A program made the translations under genes and the position numbers. The notes below the pieces were generated by a model. The model was given only the letters and a program-made list of their open reading frames with translations. It was not told where the DNA came from and did not search any database. This document shows positions 50,582 to 58,349 of a DNA stretch of 64,000 bases, piece after piece. The DNA lies in the IMG/VR virus record IMGVR_UViG_3300006931_000029, positions 1 to 64,000 of that record; one strand, given 5' to 3'. Within the stretch, counting starts at the first letter, position 1. Each line of letters begins with the position of its first letter.

Positions 50582-50709
50582 AAGTAGAAAGAACGCAGGC
50601 CGAAGTCTTGCTCTTTGGGAAATTGCCCGGTGTGCGCTTCTCGCTATTTGCGCAGAATTGAGTTAGCTATTGTGTCTACTCGTTAATCTAAACTCAACCC
50701 GCCCTACGC

Positions 50710-51135
50710 ATGAACCAAGTCTCATCTATCCCGTTCGGCACGGACGCTACCCTCCTTGCAGGTTATGCGTATCGCGCCAATGACCGCCTCGGAAACGTTG
50801 ATCTCGTCCTCGAGAACACCGGTTCCAACTCGCTGTACTTCCAGCTGAAGGAACAGACCAACCCGTCCGGCGCCTTCGTCAATGTCGGCTCCGCTCAGAC
50901 CCTCGTTCCGAAGGGCGTGAAGACGGTTTCCTACAACCTGATCTCGAAGCGCGTCGGTTTCTTCGGCTCTGGCAACACCACGGCCAACGTCTCCTTCGTC
51001 ATCCGCAACAAGGGCAACCTTCGCGGAGCGCAAGTCGACATCGTGGTTACCGGCCGCCGCGGCTGGGGTTACGACGCCGGCTTCAACACGAGCGCGGAAG
51101 TCCCGAACTGGGGCAATCCCGACACCCTGAAGTAA
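50710..51135 (+). CDS. Probable abundant virion protein
   Basis: Strong C-ending codon bias, beta-rich, own terminator. Confidence 0.65.
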   Translation: MNQVSSIPFGTDATLLAGYAYRANDRLGNVDLVLENTGSNSLYFQLKEQTNPSGAFVNVGSAQTLVPKGVKTVSYNLISKRVGFFGSGNTTANVSFVIRNKGNLRGAQVDIVVTGRRGWGYDAGFNTSAEVPNWGNPDTLK

Positions 51136-51160
51136 AATTCAGGTTGAGTCAGAATCTCAA

Positions 51161-51186
51161 GAGCCGGACGAAAGTCCGGCTCTTTT
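51161..51186 (+). terminator. Intrinsic terminator
   Basis: GAGCCGGAC-GAAA-GTCCGGCTC-TTTT. Confidence 0.8.
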
Positions 51187-51198
51187 CGTATGTAGACA

Positions 51199-51486
51199 AT
51201 GAAACCTACGGAACTAGTCAGCGTGCTGTTGGAAGGGCGGCCATTACCACTAACTTGGGAACTTGCTGTTTGGGGACCTGATCTTCCTGGCTACGCCCAA
51301 GTAGACATGGTAGACGCAGAAGGCGTAAATCACGGTTCGACAGATTTCAAGAAGCTAGCGGCACAAGGATACGACATTCCTGACATATCACGATTACCCA
51401 GCGGAAAGTACACCGCCGATCTTAGGCCGATGGTCAAAGTCGACGGATACTATCAACCGGCTCGCAGCGCTGTTCCTGCATCGTAA
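51199..51486 (+). CDS. Hypothetical protein
   Basis: ATG preceded by TATGTA. Confidence 0.55.
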   Translation: MKPTELVSVLLEGRPLPLTWELAVWGPDLPGYAQVDMVDAEGVNHGSTDFKKLAAQGYDIPDISRLPSGKYTADLRPMVKVDGYYQPARSAVPAS

Positions 51487-51733
51487 GCTCTTTGAGGTGT
51501 CGGCGCGGATTTCCGCACATAACACAGGAGCAGGGTTGCCGGTTTTTCCACAGCCGAGAAACCATGCGATGGATTTTTTCCTCTCGTTCGGCGTGGGTTA
51601 GCCGCTTGAGGCCGATGAAATTCTTAAAGTCGAACTCATTCCATAGCCATCGATGGGTTTTGAGCTGACGATAAACCTTCCGCTTGATGCGGTCGGCGTG
51701 ATGCCTTCTGAGGGCTCGCGTATGATTTTCCAA
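51434..51733 (-). CDS. Small basic protein with CSCxMCGNPR motif (start uncertain)
   Basis: RRHH..RIKRK and PCSCVMCGNPRR. Confidence 0.6.
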   Translation of the reverse strand: MENHTRALRRHHADRIKRKVYRQLKTHRWLWNEFDFKNFIGLKRLTHAEREEKIHRMVSRLWKNRQPCSCVMCGNPRRHLKELTMQEQRCEPVDSIRRL

Positions 51734-51805
51734 TGGTTCATGACGATAGCCCGGCGGAATTGCCGGGCTATCGCATGATTTCCATCGGAAGTTGAACGAC
51801 GAATC

Positions 51806-52462
51806 TCACTTTTTCTTCGGGATCAAGAAGTGTCTCCAAGTCGGGTGCTTAATGTCGCGCATCATTGCGCAGCGCGGCACCTTCTTCGGAGCGATCGGTG
51901 TCCTGATAAGCTTTAGACCAACCTCGTGCGGTAGCTTGTTGCTCTTTTCGCTGTTGATCTTCGGCTTGCACCAGACAAGATTCTCGAACGTGTCTTTGCC
52001 ACCCTTGTCGCGTGGAACAACGTGGTCGAGATTTCCAGCAGAACCGATGTATTCACCGGAGTACTGGCAAACGCCGCCGTCACGCTCGCGAATGCTCTTC
52101 GAGTTTGGCCTCGGAGTGTAATCCGGCATGCCAGCGTAGTTGCACGCAACTACGATCGTTGGAACGCGAATGCGTCCACCGTTTGGAGCACCGTCTCGGA
52201 GACTCGTCTGGATGAACAAGTCCCACGGACGAATCGGCAAAGCGATCCAGTCCTCCCACGCAGTCGGGTGGGCTTTGGTCAGCTTGTCCGTCGGCTCACC
52301 GTTCTCGTCGAGAACAAAGTCAAGATCGAGCGCGTAAACCGGCGGCTCGCCGTTCAAACCAGACGTGAGCGACGTGATTGCCTTCTTAACCGTGTAGTGG
52401 TTAATCGGCTGCCAGAGCTTGTTTAGAGCTAGGACGATGGTCTTGTTTAGGACTTCGCTCAT
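51806..52462 (-). CDS. HNH endonuclease
   Basis: VLALN..WQP, RD...CQYSG, NLDHVVP...GG....ENLV, N..K.N. Confidence 0.88.
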   Translation of the reverse strand: MSEVLNKTIVLALNKLWQPINHYTVKKAITSLTSGLNGEPPVYALDLDFVLDENGEPTDKLTKAHPTAWEDWIALPIRPWDLFIQTSLRDGAPNGGRIRVPTIVVACNYAGMPDYTPRPNSKSIRERDGGVCQYSGEYIGSAGNLDHVVPRDKGGKDTFENLVWCKPKINSEKSNKLPHEVGLKLIRTPIAPKKVPRCAMMRDIKHPTWRHFLIPKKK

Positions 52463-52507
52463 GGTGGTATGGGTGAAAGAATATGGTGCGCACCGCCTTT
52501 TGAATAA

Positions 52508-52549
52508 GAATAAAAATAGAAGAGGGCGGTCCGTTTCCAGACCGCCCTC
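52508..52549 (-). terminator. Terminator after the Ro60 gene
   Basis: 10-bp GAGGGCGGTC/GACCGCCCTC stem followed by a T-rich tract on the minus strand. Confidence 0.7.
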
Positions 52550-52565
52550 GAAGTGAACTAGGGCT

Positions 52566-54047
52566 TTACTCAGCCTTCTCGGATCGCTCCGGAAGGGTGA
52601 ACTCAACCTTCTCGATGGTGTGAACCATCGCGTCCTTGTCCTGTTCCAGGAGCGACATCATCTTGAACAGCTTGTCTCCGGCGAAACCAGCGATCGCAGC
52701 CACGCGGTCCTCCGGGAAGGCCATCGTGCCCTGACCGTTTAAGTCGAAGCTGTAGACGAACGGCTTCACGCCGAACTTGCGCGTGTAAGCCGACATTGCC
52801 GAGTTGGCGTTACCTGCTCCCATGCCGCCGACCCACGTCTGCATGTCCGAGAGGATCAGCACGCGCGAGTACTTGCGGTTCATTGCCTGGATTGCTGCTG
52901 GCATGTTCGTGCCACCACCGCTGAACTGGAACCCGCGAGACAGTGACATGGTCGAGTCCTTTCGGTTGTAGTTCACGTAGTGGGCAGAGTCGTCGAAACG
53001 GATCAGGTCCGCATCCCACGCCTTGCAGATAACAGCCGCAAAAATCGATGCGATCTGAGACGGCTTGCCGGCCATCGAACCAGAAACGTCGAGGAACACG
53101 ACAGAGTCGCCCTCTAGCTTCGGAACGTTGCCGCAGGACAGGTCGATTGCGTCGTCCAGCGCACCCATAACCTTTCGGGTAGCAGATGCGTTGAGACCGC
53201 CAACGACCTCGTATGCGGTGTGAATCTGGAACGGGAACACGAGGCTCTTGTGGATGGCGTCCGCGTTGCGAAGCTGGTCGCACACGGCATCGATCAACTC
53301 GCTGTCAGCACCCGCGAGGATGTTGCGCAGATTGCGAATCAATGCCAGATAGCCGAGCTTCTTCTCGCGAATCAGCGCGGCCCATGCGGCGGCCTTCAAC
53401 TCCGCCTTGTTCTCGTCGCTCTCAGCGGCTTGACCGGCCTGCGTGAGCTTGGTCTCCCACGTGTCGGCCGGCTGGAGCTTGCCAGTCATCAACAGCTTCA
53501 ACGCCGGAGTCTCCTTCGGGCGAAGCAAGTTGACTGCGTCGATCAGCTTGAACGGCTGGCCGTCTCGGCGATACTTTGCCAGAGCGTAGGCGTCATAGCG
53601 CTGTAGCGCCGCGCCGAGACCCTTCTTCAGGGAGTTCGGAATCGGCTTGCCGTAGGTCGCCATGTAATACGCGAGAATCTCCACCGGGTCGTCGGCACGA
53701 CGAGAAACACGGTTGAAGAAGTCCTTCGTCCATGCCTCACCCTTGACAGTCTTCGCGATCTCGCCGGCCACGATGTGGCTGATCGAGCGCATGCCGAACT
53801 CGTTACGAGCGAAGACGGCGGCCTTTGCCGCGAAGAGCGGGTCGACCTTCTGGAGGAGTTCCTTGACCCGCACGATTGTGCCGGACTCGGAACGATAAAA
53901 TTGATCCTGAACAAAAGTCGTCAGCAAAATGCTGACAAACTCGAGCTTTGAGGACTGGGAATATCCCGGTCCACCTGCTGCGTTGGTGACAACGGTCCTG
54001 CCTGGGACCTTGCGTGCCACCTTCGCGGATGATGCGAACTTAGCCAT
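52566..54047 (-). CDS. rsr: Ro60/TROVE-domain RNA-binding protein (TROVE + vWA)
   Basis: N.AGG..Y, FY, AR.EFGMR, Y.LAKY, TWE..L, ALIRNLRN, S.V.PF, DVSGSM, GGT, SDMQ; AAGGA RBS. Confidence 0.92.
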   Translation of the reverse strand: MAKFASSAKVARKVPGRTVVTNAAGGPGYSQSSKLEFVSILLTTFVQDQFYRSESGTIVRVKELLQKVDPLFAAKAAVFARNEFGMRSISHIVAGEIAKTVKGEAWTKDFFNRVSRRADDPVEILAYYMATYGKPIPNSLKKGLGAALQRYDAYALAKYRRDGQPFKLIDAVNLLRPKETPALKLLMTGKLQPADTWETKLTQAGQAAESDENKAELKAAAWAALIREKKLGYLALIRNLRNILAGADSELIDAVCDQLRNADAIHKSLVFPFQIHTAYEVVGGLNASATRKVMGALDDAIDLSCGNVPKLEGDSVVFLDVSGSMAGKPSQIASIFAAVICKAWDADLIRFDDSAHYVNYNRKDSTMSLSRGFQFSGGGTNMPAAIQAMNRKYSRVLILSDMQTWVGGMGAGNANSAMSAYTRKFGVKPFVYSFDLNGQGTMAFPEDRVAAIAGFAGDKLFKMMSLLEQDKDAMVHTIEKVEFTLPERSEKAE

Positions 54048-54199
54048 GGTGTTTTTCCTTTGTTTGACTGCCACGCGGAATGCGTGGAGAATAGTTGACG
54101 CTACGGACGTTTTTGAAATTGTAAACAAAAATTTGGCGCTCGAAATGCGTTACAGGCTTCGCAATCCGATTACGGTGCCACACGCCAAACATTGCAAGA

Positions 54200-54275
54200 T
54201 GGAGCCCGCTGCCGGAATTGCACCGGCCATCTCTGGAGTACAAAGCCAGGGTCTCGCTCACTAAACGTAACGGGC
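54200..54275 (-). tRNA. tRNA-Thr(UGU)
   Basis: Hand-folded cloverleaf, encoded CCA, UGC T-loop. Confidence 0.85.
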
Positions 54276-54364
54276 AAATGACATCGCACGCGCATGTTGT
54301 TACAGCAAGCGTACCCACTGCGAAACGGTTTAGCGCTTCGATCTGCATTTCGTGCGAAGATGAT

Positions 54365-54441
54365 TGGTGGACCCAGTGGGATTTGCACCCACGATCAAAG
54401 AATTATGAGTTCTCTGCTTTGGACTGCTAAGCTACAGGTCC
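54365..54441 (-). tRNA. tRNA(CAU), probably Ile2
   Basis: GGACCUG acceptor, CU-CAU-AA loop; Ile2 versus Met inferred from body sequence. Confidence 0.8.
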
Positions 54442-54447
54442 AACAAG

Positions 54448-54804
54448 ATGATTTCTAGCCAAAGAAAAATTGTCAAAGAAAAGTTGATATTTCATCGCGG
54501 TCATAGATGCGAAGGTTGCCAGGGCACTCAATGGCGAGGAAAACCAATCCCTTTGGAACTTCATCATGAGACTGACAGTGACGAAGAAAAGGACCTTCAG
54601 CTTCTGTGTCCTAACTGTCACGCTCAAACCCCGAACTATCGAGGGCGAAACAAGAAAGCTGGAAAGATTTGGAGCAATCTCTGCTCGTGCGGTAATCGAA
54701 AACACGTGTGTTCCCCGAGTTGCAGAAGTTGTGGCGCGAAAAGAAGATGGAATGGTGCCCTTGGAGGGAGTTGCACCCTCACGACATGCGTCACTAAGGT
54801 TTAA
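54448..54804 (+). CDS. HNH (homing-type) endonuclease, antisense within the tRNA array
   Basis: CEGC, LELHH, LLCPNCHAQT. Confidence 0.75.
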   Translation: MISSQRKIVKEKLIFHRGHRCEGCQGTQWRGKPIPLELHHETDSDEEKDLQLLCPNCHAQTPNYRGRNKKAGKIWSNLCSCGNRKHVCSPSCRSCGAKRRWNGALGGSCTLTTCVTKV

Positions 54805-54836
54805 GCAAAGCGCGTCTCCTTTTCCGCCACAAGGGC
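54753..54836 (-). tRNA. tRNA-Leu(UAA)
   Basis: Long variable arm, CCA. Confidence 0.85.
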
Positions 54837-54840
54837 AAGT

Positions 54841-54926
54841 TGGTGCCGGCGACAGGAATCGCACCTGCATGGCCCGAAGACCGCTGGATTTTGAGTTCAG
54901 TGTGTATCCTATTCCACCACGCCGGC
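54841..54926 (-). tRNA. tRNA-Leu(CAA)
   Basis: Long variable arm, CCA. Confidence 0.9.
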
Positions 54927-54931
54927 AAAAT

Positions 54932-55008
54932 TGGTGCCCTCGGCGGGACTCGAACCCGCAACCTCGAGGTTAGAAAGCTCTTGCTCTAGTCCATTGAGCT
55001 ACGAGGAC
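54932..55008 (-). tRNA. tRNA-Arg(UCU)
   Basis: Canonical GG D-loop and UUC T-loop. Confidence 0.9.
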
Positions 55009-55013
55009 AAAAT

Positions 55014-55090
55014 TGGCGCCTCAGACAGGACTCGCACCTGCAACCTGCAGTTTAGGAAACCGCCGCTCTATCTAGTTGAGCTACTGAGAC
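55014..55090 (-). tRNA. tRNA-Arg(CCU)
   Basis: Cloverleaf, CCA. Confidence 0.9.
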
Positions 55091-55094
55091 AAAT

Positions 55095-55180
55095 TGGTGC
55101 CCGCGACAGGAATCGCACCTGCATGGTTTTTCAACCACTAATTTCTAAGACTAGCGTGTCTACTGTTCCACCACGCGGGC
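55095..55180 (-). tRNA. tRNA-Leu(UAG)
   Basis: Long variable arm, CCA. Confidence 0.9.
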
Positions 55181-55185
55181 AAAGA

Positions 55186-55248
55186 TGGAGGGAGCGTCCG
55201 TGCTCGGCACCCTGAGCGCTCAGCCACAACCTCAAGCTGTGGACTCCC
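55186..55248 (-). ncRNA. 63-nt CCA-ended mini-cloverleaf
   Basis: GGGAG.../...CUCCC-U-CCA closing three hairpins; no D/T consensus. Confidence 0.5.
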
Positions 55249-55259
55249 ATTTTCAAAAT

Positions 55260-55333
55260 TGGCTCCCGACCAAGGATTCGCACCTTGGCAAAACGAGTCA
55301 GAGTCGTTTGTGCTACTGTTACACCAGTCGGGA
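55260..55333 (-). tRNA. tRNA-Gln(CUG)
   Basis: U1-A72, G73, CCA. Confidence 0.9.
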
Positions 55334-55334
55334 A

Positions 55335-55429
55335 TGGCGGAGGTGAGCAGGTTCGCACTGCGCCGAGCTTTACCCCGGGCCATGTTTAGCAAACATGTGG
55401 GACTCCTAGTTGTCCACCTTTCTACCTCC
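55335..55429 (-). tRNA. tRNA-Ser(GCU), atypical 8/4 fold
   Basis: 8-bp acceptor with bulged A, 4-bp T stem, long variable arm, G73. Confidence 0.8.
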
Positions 55430-55433
55430 AAAA

Positions 55434-55508
55434 TGGTGCCCGCACCGGGAATCGCACCCGGCTCTCCGCCTTGAGAGGGCGGCGAACTAACTGATATTCG
55501 ATGCGGGC
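55434..55508 (-). tRNA. tRNA-Glu(CUC)
   Basis: Cloverleaf, CCA. Confidence 0.88.
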
Positions 55509-55513
55509 AAAAA

Positions 55514-55598
55514 TGGTCGGCATGACAGGAATCGCACCTGCACGGATTTTATCCAACGCCTTCTGAGGACGCCGTGTCTACTGTTCCACCACATGCCG
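55514..55598 (-). tRNA. tRNA-Leu(CAG)
   Basis: Long variable arm, CCA. Confidence 0.9.
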
Positions 55599-55603
55599 AA
55601 AAA

Positions 55604-55679
55604 TGGTCCTCGCTGTAGGATTCGCACCCACAACTTCCTCCGTGTGAAAGAGGCACTCTAACTGTTGAGTTAAGCGAGG
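55604..55679 (-). tRNA. tRNA-Val(CAC)
   Basis: Cloverleaf, CCA. Confidence 0.9.
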
Positions 55680-55683
55680 AAAA

Positions 55684-55878
55684 TTATTCGACGGCTTCGC
55701 AGATGTCGCGAATGAGGGCAAAGTATGCGATGCATTCACCACCTAGTTTCGTCCCTGGAAGAGCATACTGTCCTGAGCATTGGCGCTCGAGGATAGTCCC
55801 CTTTGGGTAAGCAATGCCGACCTTCAAGTCTAGGTAGTCTTCAGTCAGTTGGACCGTTGCTGGTTTTTGAGTCATCAC
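55684..55878 (-). CDS. Small hypothetical protein inside the tRNA array
   Basis: Fills the gap between RNA genes, same strand. Confidence 0.5.
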   Translation of the reverse strand: MMTQKPATVQLTEDYLDLKVGIAYPKGTILERQCSGQYALPGTKLGGECIAYFALIRDICEAVE

Positions 55879-55892
55879 TTTTAGAATAAATC

Positions 55893-55974
55893 GTGCAGAA
55901 AGCGAAGGGCTGTTCGTTGGTTAGTCGCCGTTGAACAGGTAGCATCGTTGGACCCGGACTAACGGGTTCTGCAC
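55893..55974 (-). ncRNA. Three-way-junction RNA with potential kissing loops
   Basis: 8-bp terminal stem; loops carry GUUAGUC and GACUAAC. Confidence 0.55.
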
Positions 55975-55978
55975 AAAG

Positions 55979-56071
55979 TGGCGGAGAGGTGCAGGTTCGC
56001 ACTGCGCACGATTAAACGTGTCCGAGTTTTCGAGGCTCGTGGGACTCCTGATTGTCCTCCTTACTCTCTCC
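55979..56071 (-). tRNA. tRNA-Ser(CGA), atypical 8/4 fold
   Basis: Same architecture as Ser(GCU). Confidence 0.8.
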
Positions 56072-56072
56072 G

Positions 56073-56162
56073 TGGCGGAAGGTAAAGGAGTTGCACCCTA
56101 GCCGGTTTCCCGACTGATCCGCTTTCCAAGCGGTCCCCACTCTACAGCAGGTCCTACCTTCC
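56073..56162 (-). tRNA. tRNA-Ser(GGA)
   Basis: Long variable arm, G73, irregular D arm. Confidence 0.78.
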
Positions 56163-56166
56163 AAAG

Positions 56167-56244
56167 TGGTGCACGCGGAGGGATTTGAACCCCCAACCCT
56201 TCGTTCCGAAGACGAATGCTCTGGTCCAATTGAGCTACGCGTGC
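56167..56244 (-). tRNA. tRNA-Arg(UCG)
   Basis: Canonical elbow, CCA. Confidence 0.9.
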
Positions 56245-56245
56245 A

Positions 56246-56333
56246 TGGCGGAAGGTGTAGGATTCAAACCCACGGCCGGTTTCCCGACTCCGAGGTTCAA
56301 GCTCGGTGCAATAATTCGCTCTGCCAACCTTCC
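56246..56333 (-). tRNA. tRNA-Ser(UGA)
   Basis: Long variable arm; UUUGAAU T-loop with GA in the D-loop. Confidence 0.88.
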
Positions 56334-56340
56334 AAGTTTT

Positions 56341-56546
56341 CGAACCAGTGTAGCCTGGATTCTGTTTTATCCGCACATTTCTCTAAGCCGCTACCACGAC
56401 GTTTGAACGGGAAGCACTACCCTGACGTCTTAATTTGCGTTGCACCTACCGAGGTCCGCGAGCGTTAACTCTCCCTCGTGCTGCTTTGGTGTCCTAGCTT
56501 CCTCAGGCCGATACACTTTCTCGACCCGCGTGCAGTCCTGTATTCG
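56341..56546 (-). ncRNA. rnpB: Minimal RNase P RNA-like gene
   Basis: Ordered motifs GAGGAAGCUAGGAC, GCAACGCAAAU, UAGAGAAAUG, AAACAGAAUCCAGGCUA; the ends pair as P1. Confidence 0.72.
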
Positions 56547-56961
56547 AAGATGGTTCTTGCGCCAATTTGATGCTAAAAACATCAAAAATGCTGCCGATTG
56601 ATTCAGGCGAAAAGTCTGACGGTTTTCGAATCATGACGGCAAAATCGATCTTGCGCACGGCATCTATCAATTTTTCGTCAATATATCCGGACACAATGCT
56701 GACCGGAGTCATTATTTTGTTGGCTCTCATTTCCCGAAAAACGTCTAAGCCGCTACCATCTGGTAGCTTCATGTCCAACAGCACCACGTGAAACTCTCGC
56801 TGCGCCAGTTGATTGATCGCTTCCTGGCACGTCTTAGCCCAGAACACGTGGCATCTGTAACTCTTTGAGGCGTTAATCAACAACTCCGCCAGTAGCTCAT
56901 CGTCCTCAACGAGAAGCACGTCTTTTATGAGATTCTTAGCGTATTCCGCAAGAGTTTTCAT
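56503..56961 (-). CDS. Single-domain response regulator (REC/CheY-like)
   Basis: VLLVEDD, LLDMKLPDGSG, VSG, KP. Confidence 0.88.
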   Translation of the reverse strand: MKTLAEYAKNLIKDVLLVEDDELLAELLINASKSYRCHVFWAKTCQEAINQLAQREFHVVLLDMKLPDGSGLDVFREMRANKIMTPVSIVSGYIDEKLIDAVRKIDFAVMIRKPSDFSPESIGSIFDVFSIKLAQEPSSNTGLHAGRESVSA

Positions 56962-57006
56962 TAAAACAAATATAGACCATGGAACGACGAACCGTTCCCT
57001 GAGAAG

Positions 57007-57080
57007 TGGCACCCGCGCAAGGATTCGCACCTTGGCAAAGTGAGTCAAAGTCACTTGTGCTACTGTTACACCACACGGGT
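57007..57080 (-). tRNA. tRNA-Gln(UUG)
   Basis: Cloverleaf, CCA. Confidence 0.9.
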
Positions 57081-57275
57081 AAAAACCCCGTCGACGGTCC
57101 GCGATCCATCTGGCAGGCAGGCGCATTACGACTCAGCGACGATCAATCGCCTACCGTGACTCGGTCGACTACGAATCTGCGTCCCCTGAACGGAGACAAA
57201 AGCTTTGCCGGCGGCGATCGCATCCGCAGCTTGGGTTCCTCGAGCTCGCCCAAGACTTGCTACTCATCGGCAAAA

Positions 57276-57351
57276 TGGTCCTCGCGGCAGGATTCGCACC
57301 TGCGACCTCTTCCATGTCAAGGAAGCGCGCTAACTGCTGTGCTACGCGAGG
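57276..57351 (-). tRNA. tRNA-Val(GAC)
   Basis: Cloverleaf, CCA. Confidence 0.9.
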
Positions 57352-57352
57352 A

Positions 57353-57429
57353 TGGCTCCGGCAGAAGGGTTCGCACCTTCATCTTCTCGGTTAACAGCCG
57401 AGCGCTCTACTAAGTTGAGCTACACCGAA
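57353..57429 (-). tRNA. tRNA-Asn(GUU), copy with A18/G55 elbow
   Basis: Cloverleaf, G73, CCA. Confidence 0.88.
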
Positions 57430-57435
57430 ACAAAA

Positions 57436-57512
57436 TGGTCCTCTCAGCCGGAGTCGCACCGACAACCTCGTCCTTCGCAGAGACGCGCTCTATCTAGTTG
57501 AGCTATGAGAGG
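57436..57512 (-). tRNA. tRNA-Arg(GCG)
   Basis: Loop CU-GCG-AA. Confidence 0.88.
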
Positions 57513-57516
57513 AAAT

Positions 57517-57593
57517 TGGGGCGGCTAACGGGATTCGCACCCGCGGTCCTCTGATTCACAATCAGATGCTTTTACTGCTAAGCTATAGCCGCC
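57517..57593 (-). tRNA. tRNA-His(GUG)
   Basis: Encoded G-1 and C73. Confidence 0.9.
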
Positions 57594-57599
57594 ATAAAT

Positions 57600-57684
57600 T
57601 GGTGCGGATAGGGAGAATCGCACTCCCATGGCTGTCAACCGTTACGTTCTCAACGTAGTGTGTCTACTGTTCCACCATATCCGC
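57600..57684 (-). tRNA. tRNA-Leu(GAG)
   Basis: Long variable arm, CCA. Confidence 0.9.
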
Positions 57685-57854
57685 AAGAGCTGGGATTTGC
57701 ACCCTTTACCGCCTCGCTCAGGCGTCTTGTCCGACGATGACTTTTGCTACTCGCAACCATCGTCATTATTTTAGGTTGCTTTGGCGCACCACCGACTGAT
57801 CCTTCGAGAGCTGACGACAGCATTAAGGACCCTCTATGAACAAAATGAACAAAA

Positions 57855-57930
57855 TGGAGCCTAAGAAGGGATTTGCACCCATGACCCACGCTTTACGAAA
57901 GCGTTGCTCTACTAACTGAGCTACTTAGGC
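57855..57930 (-). tRNA. tRNA-Thr(CGU)
   Basis: Cloverleaf, CCA. Confidence 0.9.
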
Positions 57931-57934
57931 AAAG

Positions 57935-58159
57935 TTAAGCTTCACCGCCTCGAGGCGGTGCGGGACGCTTGATCCCAAAGGTTAGGTTCTCGAATGCCCT
58001 ACAGTCGTTCGAGTCAATGGACTTGAACCTGCCGTCATCTAGCTGAACCAAGAAAATTGGATTGTGGTCGATGCCGTAATCGATCATCAGGATTGCGCGT
58101 CCAGGACCGAGAGGTGTCTGCACCCATATCGGCGCTGAGAACTCGTGGGTAATGGTCAT
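57935..58159 (-). CDS. Small conserved phage protein inside the tRNA array
   Basis: 74 aa, TPLG.G.A...IDYG..HN. Confidence 0.6.
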   Translation of the reverse strand: MTITHEFSAPIWVQTPLGPGRAILMIDYGIDHNPIFLVQLDDGRFKSIDSNDCRAFENLTFGIKRPAPPRGGEA

Positions 58160-58179
58160 TCCACTACCAGAACGCAAAA

Positions 58180-58255
58180 TGGAGCTGAACATGGGACTTG
58201 CACCCATCATCACCTGCTTACCAAGCAGGGTCCGCGCTATCTCGGAGTGATCAGC
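58180..58255 (-). tRNA. tRNA-Thr(GGU)
   Basis: Cloverleaf, CCA, atypical D arm. Confidence 0.85.
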
Positions 58256-58257
58256 AA

Positions 58258-58344
58258 TGGTCCGCCTGGAAGGACTTGCACCTACGTAGACCCGAAGGTC
58301 AATGCGTTTACAGCGCATCGCAATTGCTACTCTGCCACAGGCGG
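58258..58344 (-). tRNA. tRNA-Tyr(GUA) with C1-G72
   Basis: Long variable arm, A73. Confidence 0.9.
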
Positions 58345-58349
58345 ATAAA

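Noticed and set aside
52463-54128. Upstream-extended starts for HNH (52606) and Ro60 (54128)
   Set aside because: The extensions run through a terminator and a promoter; internal ATGs at 52462 and 54047 fit better.
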